NCBI GenBank assembly: GCA_963800185.1
Contig: CAWCZW010000010.1
Location: 3,533 to 67,532, forward strand
Direction: 5' to 3'
Length of the DNA stretch: 64,000 bases
Origin: an uncultured beta proteobacterium
GTDB taxonomy: Bacteria > Pseudomonadota > Gammaproteobacteria > Burkholderiales > Burkholderiaceae
A program made the position numbers and the translations under genes. The notes under the pieces are model-generated. The model did no database searches, had not been told where the DNA came from, and saw nothing but the letters and a program-made list of their open reading frames with translations. Each line of letters opens with the position of its first letter. Within the stretch, counting starts at the first letter, position 1. Shown here piece after piece: positions 49,696 through 59,761 of this stretch.

Positions 49696-51458
49696 TTATA
49701 GATCTTCCGAACCCAGGAGCATCTCGGTGATGCCCTTGCCGGCCTGAACCATCGGCCAGACGTTTTCGGTCGGATCGGTCTGGAAATCGAGAAACACGGT
49801 GCGATCTTTCAGGCGCAGTGCTTCCTTGAGCGCCGGCTCGACATCGGCCGTGCGTTCAATCCGCATGCCGACGTGGCCGTACGCTTCGGCGAGCTTCACG
49901 AAATCAGGCAGCGCATCCATGTACGAATGCGAATAGCGCTTGCTGTATTCGATCTGCTGCCACTGGCGCACCATGCCCAGATAGCGGTTGTTCAGCGAAA
50001 TGATCTTGATCGGCGTCTCGTACTGCTTGCAGGTCGAGAGTTCCTGGATGCACATCTGGATCGAGCCTTCGCCCGTGATACAGAGCACGTCGTCGTCCGG
50101 GTGCGCCATCTTCACGCCCATCGCCGCCGGCAGGCCGAAGCCCATCGTGCCGAGACCGCCGGAATTGATCCAGCGGCGCGGCTTGTTGAAGCGATAGAAC
50201 TGCGCGGCCCACATCTGGTGCTGGCCGACGTCGGAACACACGAAGGCATTGCCGTCGGTCAGCTCCCACGCCTTTTCCACCACGTACTGCGGCTTGATGA
50301 TGTCGCTCTTGCGGTCGAACTTCAGGCAGTCTTTCGCGCGCCAGGCTTCGATGTCCTTCCACCAGTCGGCCAGCGCCGCGGTGTCCGGGCCATGCTCGGC
50401 CGTCTGCAACTGCTCGATCAGTTCTTTCAGCACTTCCTTCACGTCGCCGACGATCGGAATGTCGACCTTGACGCGCTTGGAGATGGACGAAGGATCGATG
50501 TCGATGTGGATGATCTTGCGCGGACGCGACGCGAAGTGCGCCGGGTCGCCGATCACGCGGTCGTCGAAGCGCGCGCCGATGGCGATCAGCACGTCGCAGT
50601 GCTGCATCGCCATGTTGGCTTCGTACGTGCCGTGCATGCCGAGCATGCCGAGGAATTTCTTGTCGCTCGCGCGATAGCCGCCCAGACCCATCAACGTGTT
50701 GGTGATCGGGTAGCCGAGCAGATCGGCGAACTGGTTCAACTCACGCGATGCGTCCGCGAGAATGATGCCGCCGCCGGTGTAGATATACGGGCGCTTCGCC
50801 GACAGCAGCAGCGAACCGCCTTGCGGATCTGGCCGGAGTGGCCTTTGGTGACCGGGTTGTACGAGCGCAGCGACACGCTCTTGAGCGGCTCGTATTGGCA
50901 AGGCGCCTTCGACACGTCTTTCGGAATGTCGATCAGCACCGGGCCGGGGCGACCGGTTCGGGCGATGTAAAACGCTTTCTTGACGGTAGCGGCGAGATCG
51001 CGCACGTCCTTCACGAGGAAGTTGTGCTTCACGCAGGGACGCGTGATGCCGACCGTATCGCACTCCTGGAACGCATCCTGGCCGATCGCGGCAGTCGGCA
51101 CCTGGCCGCTGATCACCACCATCGGAATCGAATCCATGTAGGCGGTGGCGATGCCGGTCACCGCATTGGTGACGCCGGGGCCGGAGGTCACGAGACACAC
51201 ACCGACATTGCCGGTGGAACGCGCATAGGCGTCGGCGGCGTGGACCGCGGCCTGCTCGTGGCGCACGAGGACGTGCTGGAATTTGTCCTGCTTGTACAGC
51301 TCGTCGTAAATGTAGAGTACCGAGCCGCCGGGATAGCCCCAGATGAACTCGACGTCTTCGTCGGCCAGTGCCTTCATGAGCACGGTGGCGCCGATAGAGT
51401 CAGCTTCCTGATGGGGGGTCGTATCCGACGTGGAGAATTCCGCGCTGGGCATATTCAT
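49696..51458 (-). CDS. ilvI: Acetolactate synthase large subunit (frameshift near 50812)
   Basis: [44 protein letters not shown]...NN. Confidence 0.95.
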
Positions 51459-51606
51459 TTATTCACCTTTCGAATTTTCGGCAAAAAATTGATCGGGTGC
51501 TCTCTGCCGGGCTCGTGGCTCGGGTTCAAGCGGCGCGTCCAGTTGACAGGTGAGCTTCTTGGGCCACACCTCAATTGAGACAACTCACTTATGTTGCGAA
51601 CCAGCG

Positions 51607-51635
51607 AAGATATCTGCAGATGGACGCGCGGTCAA
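51607..51635 (-). promoter_or_regulatory. Putative sigma70 promoter of ilvIHC
   Basis: TTGACC (51635-51630), 17 nt, TATCTT (51612-51607). Confidence 0.5.
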
Positions 51636-51821
51636 GCAAATATTGCCTTAGCGCCCTGTCCCCGAGTCCGGATATTGCTGTCATCCCATTGCAATCCTGT
51701 TATGCAAATGCAAGCCAGGGCATGTTTCGCCCCAGGCGTTACAAAAGTTTGTTAGCATCCGCGGGCTTTACGACATTTTTCGACCGATTACGCGCACGCT
51801 CGCTGCGCCGACCCCCAACGG

Positions 51822-52385
51822 ATGGCATCAGACAAGGAACTCGCCGACTTTCTGGCGGGCGTCGAAAGGCGCGCATTCAAGCAGACGGTCTACGCCGTGC
51901 GGGACGACGACGCCTCGCTGGATATCGTGCAGGACGCGATGATCAAGCTCGCCGAAAAATATGGCGATCGTCCGGCAGCCGAACTTCCGCTGCTGTTTCA
52001 GCGTATTCTGCAGAATGCGATGCACGACTATTTCCGTCGTGCGAAAGTACGCAATACTTGGGTGAGTCTGTTTTCGTCGCTTGGCAACGCCGACGACGAC
52101 GAATTCGATCCGCTCGAAACATTCGAAGCCCAGCAAGGCTCGGCGGGCGCCGAGAGCAATGAACAAAAACTCGAACGCGAGCAGGTCCTGCAACTGATCG
52201 ACGACGAGATCCAAAAATTGCCGGCACGTCAACGGGAGGCGTTTCTCATGCGTTATTGGGAAGATATGGATGTCGCCGAGACTGCCGCCGCGATGGGCTG
52301 CTCCGAAGGCAGTGTGAAAACGCACTGTTCGCGGGCCACCCACACGCTGGCGCAAGCGCTCAAGGCCAAAGGAATCACGCTATGA
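51822..52385 (+). CDS. ECF RNA polymerase sigma factor
   Basis: DIVQDAMIK region 2; LPARQREAFLMRYWEDMDVAETAAAMGCSEGSVKTHCSRA region 4. Confidence 0.92.
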   Translation: MASDKELADFLAGVERRAFKQTVYAVRDDDASLDIVQDAMIKLAEKYGDRPAAELPLLFQRILQNAMHDYFRRAKVRNTWVSLFSSLGNADDDEFDPLETFEAQQGSAGAESNEQKLEREQVLQLIDDEIQKLPARQREAFLMRYWEDMDVAETAAAMGCSEGSVKTHCSRATHTLAQALKAKGITL

Positions 52386-52810
52386 GCTCCCTCGAAACCA
52401 AAGAACTCGAGTTCGCCCGCCAGGTGCGCCGCGCGCTCGACGAAAACGCCGCCAGCATTGCCCCCGCCACCGTCGACCGGCTCGCTGCGGCGCGTCGTGC
52501 CGCGCTCGCCCGCAAGAAGCCCGAAACGGTCGCGGCGCCCGTATTCGTGCCCGCTTTCGCCGGCGCAGGCATGCCGACTGGCCTGTCGCAGCCCGAACTC
52601 CCGCAGCGCCGCCGCTCGACGCTGGGCCGTTTCGCGCTTGCGTGGCCGCTCGCCGCGCTGGTGGTGAGTCTGGTCGGCATCGCTTACTGGGAAGACCAGC
52701 AGCGCACCGCCGAACTCGCCGATATCGATGCCGCCATGCTTAGCGACGACCTGCCGCTCAATGCCTATCTCGACCACGGCTTCAACGCGTATCTTTCACG
52801 CGCCCACTGA
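52382..52810 (+). CDS. DUF3619 family putative anti-sigma factor
   Basis: ATGA overlap with sigma gene; RLAAARRAAL, single TM, DDLPLNAYLDHGF. Confidence 0.75.
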   Translation: MSSLETKELEFARQVRRALDENAASIAPATVDRLAAARRAALARKKPETVAAPVFVPAFAGAGMPTGLSQPELPQRRRSTLGRFALAWPLAALVVSLVGIAYWEDQQRTAELADIDAAMLSDDLPLNAYLDHGFNAYLSRAH

Positions 52811-52826
52811 GCGGGAGATTCTTCGG

Positions 52827-53603
52827 GTGAGTTACAAGCGCGGCCTGGCCGTTGTATTCGGATGCACGATCGCGGCGCTGGTGTCGTTCGCCGCGACGTA
52901 TCCGCGCTTTTATCCGGGCCCGTCGCCGACCGGGCGGCCCAACGGCCGGCAGCAATGTCACGGCCAAGTCGCCCGCTCCCACACTCGCCGTCGAATTACC
53001 CGATCTGCCCGGCAGCAATAGCCCGCTGGCGTGGTCGCGCCTGACGTCGGCCGAACATCTCGCGCTCGCCCCTTTCGAGGCCCAGTGGGACTCGTTCAGC
53101 GACGAGCGCAAACGAAAATGGATCAAGATCGCGTCACGTTATCCGAAGATGTCGCCGGATGCGCAAAAACGCCTGCATGACCGGATGAGCGAGTGGGTCC
53201 GCATGACGCCCGATCAGCGCCGCGTCGCGCGTGAAAACTATCAGGTGTCGAAGGAATTGCCGCGCGAGACCCGTCAGAACGCGTGGAAGGCGTATCAGCA
53301 GCTGTCGCCGAAGAACAGAAAGAAAAGCTTGCCGCCAGCGAGCGTAAGCGGCGGCCGAGCGTCGTCAGCGCGCCGCCGTCGGGCCATAACGAAATCAAGG
53401 GGCTCGACCGGCTCGTGAATGCGCGCGAGCACGGCGCAGGCGCGAGCGGCGTCGCGGCGGCCAGCGCCGCCGCGGCAGCCGAGTCGCTGCAGGGCCCGGC
53501 TGCGTCGGGCGTGCCGGCCACGGCCGCGCCAGGCAGCTTCGTGCCGGCTACGCCGTTGCCCGTTTCGCCCGCCGAGGCGCCGTCGATCTTCAAAGGCTCC
53601 TGA
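52827..53603 (+). CDS. DUF3106 domain protein (frameshifted)
   Basis: WSRLT...LAP...WDSF...WVRMTPDQRRVARENY helical repeats. Confidence 0.72.
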
Positions 53604-53616
53604 GCGGGCCGCCATC

Positions 53617-54140
53617 GTGTCCCAGCCTCTTACGACCTCGACCCTGCCCGCCGATCCGTCCGGCATCGCGCCTACCGTTCGCCGGCGTCTTGCGGCGCTG
53701 CTCTACGAAGCGTTGATCCTGTTCGGCGTGGTGTTTATCGCGGGCTATCTGTTCAGCACGCTGACGCAGCAACGCAACGGACTGACCCATCACAACCTGC
53801 TCGCAGCGTGGATCGGCCTCGTGGTCGGCGTGTACTTCGTCTGGTTCTGGACCCACAGCGGCCAGACTCTGCCGATGAAAACCTGGCGCCTGCGCGTGCG
53901 TCGCCGCCGACGGCTCGCCGCTCTCCACCGCCCGCGCAATCGCCCGCTACGTGCTCGCGTGGCTGTGGTTCCTGCCGCCGCTCGCGCTGCATCCGCTGCT
54001 CGGCCTGCGCCTGCCGCAAACGCTCGTGATCGCCGGTATCTGGTTCGTGCTGTGGGCCGCCACCGGCCGCTTCGATCCGCAACGTCAATTCCTGCATGAC
54101 CGCCTCGCGGGTACCCGCATCGTCAGCGTCGAATCGCTGA
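53617..54140 (+). CDS. RDD family membrane protein (frameshifted; end approximate)
   Basis: RRRLAALLYE, GQTLPMKTWRLRV, QFLHDRLAGTRIV. Confidence 0.82.
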
Positions 54141-54192
54141 ATCTGCCGCTTTCGCCGGCAACGCGCCCGGCAGTAATAAGAACTTCTCATGA

Positions 54193-54210
54193 CTGTCATG
54201 GCACAGTCAC
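54193..54210 (+). promoter_or_regulatory. Putative Pho box
   Basis: CTGTCAT-GGCA-CAGTCAC, 11-bp periodic direct repeat 44 nt before the plcP-like start; in-phase CAGTAAT at 54171. Confidence 0.6.
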
Positions 54211-54254
54211 GCGCGCCTGGCTCAATACGGGCACTGCAACTCGACGCGTGAGCC

Positions 54255-55193
54255 ATGGACCCCAAAACGTCCGCGACTTCCCTGTTCCGCCAGACCGGCC
54301 CGAGCGTCGACTCCGTCGCGTTCCTTCCGGAACCCACACCAGGTCACGGCTTGCCGTTGCCCGTGACGCCACCGCTAGACGCCCACGCCAGTCATCCCGA
54401 CGACGAACACGCCGATCCGCATCGCTACCGCACGATCTGGCTGTCCGACATCCATCTCGGCTCGAGCGGCTGCCAGGCGAACTATCTGCTCGATTTCCTG
54501 CGCCATAACGAGTCGGAATATCTCTATCTGGTCGGCGACATCATCGACGGATGGCAGTTGAAAAAAGGCTGGTACTGGCCGCAGGCGCACAACGACGTCG
54601 TGCAGAAGGTGCTGCGCAAGGCGCGCAAAGGCACCCAGGTGATCTACGTGCCCGGCAATCACGACGAAGCCGCGCGCCAGTTCTGCGACCTCGCGTTCGG
54701 CGACATCCACGTGCGCGGCGAAGCGTTTCACACGACGCTCGCCGGCAAGCGCCTGTGGATCGTGCACGGCGATCTGTTCGACGGCGTGATCCAGCACGCC
54801 AAGTGGCTCGCCTACCTCGGCGACACGCTCTACACGATGATCCTGGTGCTGAACCGCTGGTTCAACCGGATCCGCAACCGGCTCGGTTTCCCGTACTGGT
54901 CGCTGTCGCAATACCTGAAGCATCAGGTGAAGAACGCGGTGAATTTCATCTCGTCGTTCGAAACCGTGATGACCGACGAAGCGCGCCGCCGCGGCTGCGA
55001 CGGCGTGGTCTGCGGGCATATCCACAAAGCCGAGATGCGCGACATCGACGGCGTGCTGTATTGCAACGACGGCGATTGGGTCGAGAGTCTGTCGGCGCTC
55101 GTCGAGACGTATGAAGGCGAACTCAAAGTGATCTACTGGACCGTGATGCGCTCCCCGGAAGCCGGCGCGCAAAAGGCCCGGGCGACCGCGTAG
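54255..55193 (+). CDS. PlcP-like phospholipase C (metallophosphoesterase usually annotated UDP-2,3-diacylglucosamine diphosphatase)
   Basis: SDIHLG, LVGDIIDGW, WPQAHNDVVQK, GNHDE, HGDLFD, CGHIH, NDGDWVES. Confidence 0.8.
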   Translation: MDPKTSATSLFRQTGPSVDSVAFLPEPTPGHGLPLPVTPPLDAHASHPDDEHADPHRYRTIWLSDIHLGSSGCQANYLLDFLRHNESEYLYLVGDIIDGWQLKKGWYWPQAHNDVVQKVLRKARKGTQVIYVPGNHDEAARQFCDLAFGDIHVRGEAFHTTLAGKRLWIVHGDLFDGVIQHAKWLAYLGDTLYTMILVLNRWFNRIRNRLGFPYWSLSQYLKHQVKNAVNFISSFETVMTDEARRRGCDGVVCGHIHKAEMRDIDGVLYCNDGDWVESLSALVETYEGELKVIYWTVMRSPEAGAQKARATA

Positions 55194-55224
55194 TCCCTCC
55201 TACAACTCGAATGGGCCGAAACCG

Positions 55225-56260
55225 ATGAAGATCATGATCGTCACCGACGCATGGGAACCGCAGGTCAACGGCGTCGTGCGTACGCTGAAAAACACCACGC
55301 GCGAGCTGATCGCGCTCGGTCATCGCGTCGAGTTGCTGACGCCGCTCGAATTCAAAACGATTCCGTGCCCGACGTATCCCGAGATTCGTCTGTCGCTGCT
55401 GCCGGGCCGCAAGCTGCGCGCAGCGCATCGACGCGTTCGCGCCCGACGCGCTGCATATCGCGACCGAAGGCCCGCTCGGCATGGCCGCGCGCGCTTACGC
55501 GATCCGTCACAAGCTGCCGTTCACGACCGCGTATCACACGCGCTTTCCGGAATATGTGCAGGCGCGCTTCGGCATTCCGCTGGCGGCGACCTACAAGTTT
55601 CTGCACTGGTTCCACAAGCCGTCGCTGGCCGTGATGGCGCCCACGCCGGTGGTCAAGACAGGACCTCGAAAAATTCGGCTTCACGAACGTCGTGCTGTGG
55701 ACGCGCGGCGTCGATCTCGACATTTTCCATCCGATGGACTCGAAGGTGCTCAACACCGCGCGGCCGATCTTTCTGTACGTGGGACGCGTGGCGGTCGAGA
55801 AAAACGTCGAGGCGTTTCTGAAGCTCGATCTGCCCGGCTCGAAGTGGGTCGCGGGCGAAGGCCCGGCGCTCGCCGAACTGAAGTCGCGCTATCCGCAGGT
55901 CGAACTATCTGGGCGTGCTGACGCAGGCCGAACTGGCGAAGGTCTATGCGGCCGCGGACGTGTTCGTGTTCCCGAGCCGCACCGATACGTTCGGCCTCGT
56001 GCTGCTCGAAGCGCTCGCGTGCGGCACGCCGGTCGCGGCGTATCCGGTCACCGGTCCGATCGACGTGCTCGGAGAACGGCGGCGCGGGCGCGATGAACGA
56101 AGACTTGCGCGAGGCCTGTCTCGAAGCGCTGAAGATCGACCGCGACCACGCGCGCGCGTGGGCGGAGCGCTTCTCGTGGGCGGCGGCATCGGCGCAATTC
56201 GCCGCGCATCTGAAGCCGCTGTCGCACGCGTCGTATCGCGAGGAAAGCGCCGCCGCATGA
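55225..56260 (+). CDS. GT4 glycosyltransferase, Agt-like (several frameshifts)
   Basis: [59 protein letters not shown]. Confidence 0.85.
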
Positions 56261-56463
56261 CGCGGCGCGCGCAGCCGTCCATGCGAAGCAGCCCATCTAC
56301 AGTGAGGCGCGCCGCCGACGCTGGCGGCGAGAGCGCCGCATCGAGCCGTTCGACGATATCAGTGAGGCCGGCGCGCCTACGCGTGCCGAACACGTTCGAA
56401 CGTACGCTGAACGTGCGTACGGAACGAATGGCGTGAGCGGTATCAACGGCGCAGATAGCGCTC

Positions 56464-56971
56464 ATGCCGCGCACCAGACCAACGACGATCCACACGGCCA
56501 ACCAGGGCCAGCGCCACGCCCCCGACACCCAGCACGAACCGCTCAGCCCCGACGATCCGCTCGCCCCGCTGCCCTTCAATCCGTACAAGGGCAATCGCGG
56601 CCTGACCCGCGCGTGGCACGCGATGAAAAACTCGCTCGCCGGGTTTCAGCGTCGCGATCCGCGAGGAAAGCGCGTTTCGCCAGGAACTCACGCTCGCCGC
56701 GATCCTGATTCCGTGCGGCGTGCTGGTGCCGGTCGATCCGGTGTCGCGCGTACTGCTGCTCGGTTCGGTGCTGCTGGTGCTGATCGTCGAGTTGCTGAAT
56801 TCGAGCGTGGAAGCGGCGATCGACCGGATTTCGCTCGAACGCCACGAACTGTCGCGCCGCGCGAAGGACCTCGGCAGCGCGGCGGTGATGGTGGCGCTCG
56901 GCATGTGTCTGATGACGTGGGGGTTGATCGTCGGGCCGCTCGTCGCGCGCTGGGTCGGCGCGTGGTTCTGA
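56464..56971 (+). CDS. dgkA: Diacylglycerol kinase (frameshift near 56648)
   Basis: EESAFRQE, VELLNSSVEAAIDRISLERHELSRRAKDLGSAAV. Confidence 0.9.
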
Positions 56972-57258
56972 CAGGTGCGGTGCGCGGCGCGCTCGAGGTT
57001 TGACCGTCGAAGCGCGCCGCCCGCCGCACGCACTCACTCACTCGCAATCACTCGCACTCGCGCGACAAAAAAGCCCAAAAGGCACACGCCGGCGCGGCTT
57101 CGCTGTGGCCGCATTTATTCGGCGCACGAAAACCCGGAGTATTAGAACGCACGGTTTATAATCGTCCGACAGACCTATATACCAACCGCGTCCGGGTGGA
57201 TCACGCAGCAGCGGCATGCCGCCACGCGCCCAGCCCGGCGTAACCAGGGCCGGACGAC

Positions 57259-57984
57259 ATGGAAGCCAAACCTCCCCGCCGCACGCGCGAACGGATTCTC
57301 GAACTCTCGTTGAAGCTGTTCAACGAAATCGGCGAGCCGAACGTCACGACGACGACGATCGCCGAGGAAATGGAAATCAGTCCAGGCAACCTGTACTACC
57401 ACTTCCGCAACAAAGACGACATCATCAACAGCATCTTCAGCCAGTTCGAGCAGGAGATTGAAAAGCGTCTGCGTTTTCCCGACGACCATCGCGCGACCAT
57501 CGACGAAATGTGGTCGTATCTGCAATACATGGTCGATTTCACCTGGCGTTACCGTTTCCTGTATCGCGACCTGAACGATCTGCTCGCGCGCAACCGCACG
57601 CTCGAAACGCACTTCAAGCAGATCATCAGCCACAAGGTGCGGTTTGCGAGCCAGTTCTGCGAGCAGCTCGTCGCCGACGGCGAAATGGTCGTCACGCCCG
57701 AAGAGATGCAGGTCATCGCGACCAACGTCGGCGTGATCGGCACGTACTGGCTGTCGTATCAGTTCGTGATGAACCCGCGCAAATACAACGAGCAGGAAGC
57801 GATTCGCGCGGAACTGCATCAGGTGAGCGTGCAGATCGTGTCGCTGATGGCGCCTTATCTGCGCGGCCGCTCGCGGCAGCTGTTCGACGACCTCGTCTCC
57901 GGCAAGCTGCCCAAGCGCGAGTTCTACGACTACCTGCCGCCCAAGGAAGGCGCCGCGCCCCGCAACGAACCCAAGGACGGTTGA
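57259..57984 (+). CDS. TetR/AcrR family transcriptional regulator
   Basis: TRERILE...TTTTIAEEMEISPGNLYYHFRNKDDI HTH. Confidence 0.92.
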   Translation: MEAKPPRRTRERILELSLKLFNEIGEPNVTTTTIAEEMEISPGNLYYHFRNKDDIINSIFSQFEQEIEKRLRFPDDHRATIDEMWSYLQYMVDFTWRYRFLYRDLNDLLARNRTLETHFKQIISHKVRFASQFCEQLVADGEMVVTPEEMQVIATNVGVIGTYWLSYQFVMNPRKYNEQEAIRAELHQVSVQIVSLMAPYLRGRSRQLFDDLVSGKLPKREFYDYLPPKEGAAPRNEPKDG

Positions 57985-57986
57985 GC

Positions 57987-58572
57987 ATGAAGGCGGTATG
58001 TGTGTATTGCGGCTCCGCGAACGGAGCCAAACCTCTTTATGCCGAAGCCGCGCGCGCGTTCGGCCGCGCGCTGGTGCGAAGCGGATCTGGCGCTCGTCTA
58101 CGGCGGCGGCAAGGTCGGCCTGATGGGTGTGATCGCCGACACGGTGATGGCCGAGGGCGGCCGCGCGATCGGCGTGATTCCCGAGTTGCTGGTCAACAAG
58201 GAAGTCGGCCATAACGGTCTGACCGAGTTGCACGTGGTGCCCGACATGCATCATCGCAAGAAGATGATGGCGGATCTGTCCGATGCGTTCGTCGCGATGC
58301 CCGGCGGTGTGGGCACGCTCGAAGAGTTGTTCGAGGTCTACACGTGGGCGCAACTCGGCTATCACCAGAAGCCGGTGGCGTTGCTGAACATCGACAGCTT
58401 CTACGATCCGCTGATCAATCTGCTGCAGCACACAGTCGACGAAGGCTTCATGCGCGCAGGCGTATTTCGACATCCTTCAGGTCGACGCCGACCCTGTCGC
58501 GCTGATCGACAAGCTGCAACGCTATCAGCCGCCCGAAGCGACAAGTGGGCGATCAAGCGCGACGCGGTTTGA
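57987..58572 (+). CDS. LOG family nucleotide monophosphate nucleosidase (TIGR00730; frameshifted)
   Basis: [33 protein letters not shown] motif. Confidence 0.88.
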
Positions 58573-58742
58573 CGTGAGCGCCGGTTGTGCAGGCGGTGAC
58601 TGAATTCCGCGTTGCCTGACGATCTGGCTCGTACTGCTTCGAGTCATGTTGCACGCCACGCGCGCTCTTGCATGCCTCGCCTGAGCGCGGGCAAACATCC
58701 GCCCCGCGAGCCGCACAGCCCCACCCAAACGATGAGGTTGCA

Positions 58743-59491
58743 ATGACGAAAGCCGTTCTGATCACCGGTGGAAGCCGCGGCATTGGCCGCTCGAGCGCGC
58801 GTCTGCTTGGCGCGCGCGGCTGGTCTGTCGGCGTGAACTACGCGCAGAATCTCGCCGCCGCCCAGGAAACCGTCGCCGAAGTCGAGCGCGCCGGCGGCCG
58901 CGCATTGCCGATTGCCGGCGACGTCGCGAACGAAGCCGACGTGATCGCCATGTTCGACGCGGTTCAACAGGAGTTCGGCCGGCTCGACGCGCTCGTCAAC
59001 AACGCGGGAATCGTCGCGCCGTCGAGCCAGCTTGCCGACATGGATCTCGCGCGGCTGAAGCGCGTGTTCGACGTCAACGTGCTCGGCGCCTATCTTTGCG
59101 CGCGCGAAGCGGCGCGGCGCATGTCGAAGGATCGTGGCGGCGCGGGTGGCGTGATCGTCAATGTGTCGTCGGCGGCGGCGCGCTTGGGCTCGCCGAACGA
59201 ATATGTCGATTACGCCGGCTCGAAAGGCGCGTCGACACGATGACGCTCGGCCTCGCCAAGGAACTCGGCCCGCAAGGCGTGCGCGTGAATGCGGTGCGCC
59301 CCGGGCCTGATCGATACGGAAATTCACGCGAGCGGCGGCAAGCCCGATCGCGCCGCGCAACTCGGCGCGTCAACGCCGCTGGGCCGCCCCGGCAGCGCCG
59401 GATGAAGTGGCGCGAATCGATCGTGTGGTTGCTGAGCGATGCGGCTTCGTATGTGACGGGCGCGATGCTCGACGTCGCCGGCGGACGCTAG
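58743..59491 (+). CDS. Short-chain dehydrogenase/reductase (frameshifted)
   Basis: ITGGSRGIG, NNAG, YAGSK catalytic motif, RVNAVRPG. Confidence 0.9.
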
Positions 59492-59761
59492 GCACCTGGC
59501 CTCATCCATTCAACGCCGTCGCACTTCCCCACGCGGCTAGCCACCGCGCATTTCCCCCTTCCCCGCCACGATTTCCCCGTCTATTTGACGCGGAGCGTGC
59601 GCACGCGCGCCTATCGCGCCGATATACCGCTGGTTTCCTGTAATCGACAGTAATAATTGGAGACTACAATCGCGGCCAATCGCGAACGATCGCTCGCGAC
59701 AGACCACCAGAACAAGGTACGCGGCTCATGTCGCCGCGCACGGAAATCAGAGATTTCTCGC

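Noticed and set aside
56385-56430. GAAC repeats resembling an alphaproteobacterial LexA box upstream of dgkA
   Set aside because: Spacing is irregular (6, 7, 9 nt) and Betaproteobacteria use CTGT-N8-ACAG.
57028-57062. CACT/CACTCG microsatellite-like run after dgkA
   Set aside because: Short, degenerate low-complexity sequence with no evident function.
57259-57984. TetR gene as the regulator binding the FadP-like operators
   Set aside because: No matching palindrome upstream of it and no linkage to the acyl-CoA operons; cannot be assigned from sequence.
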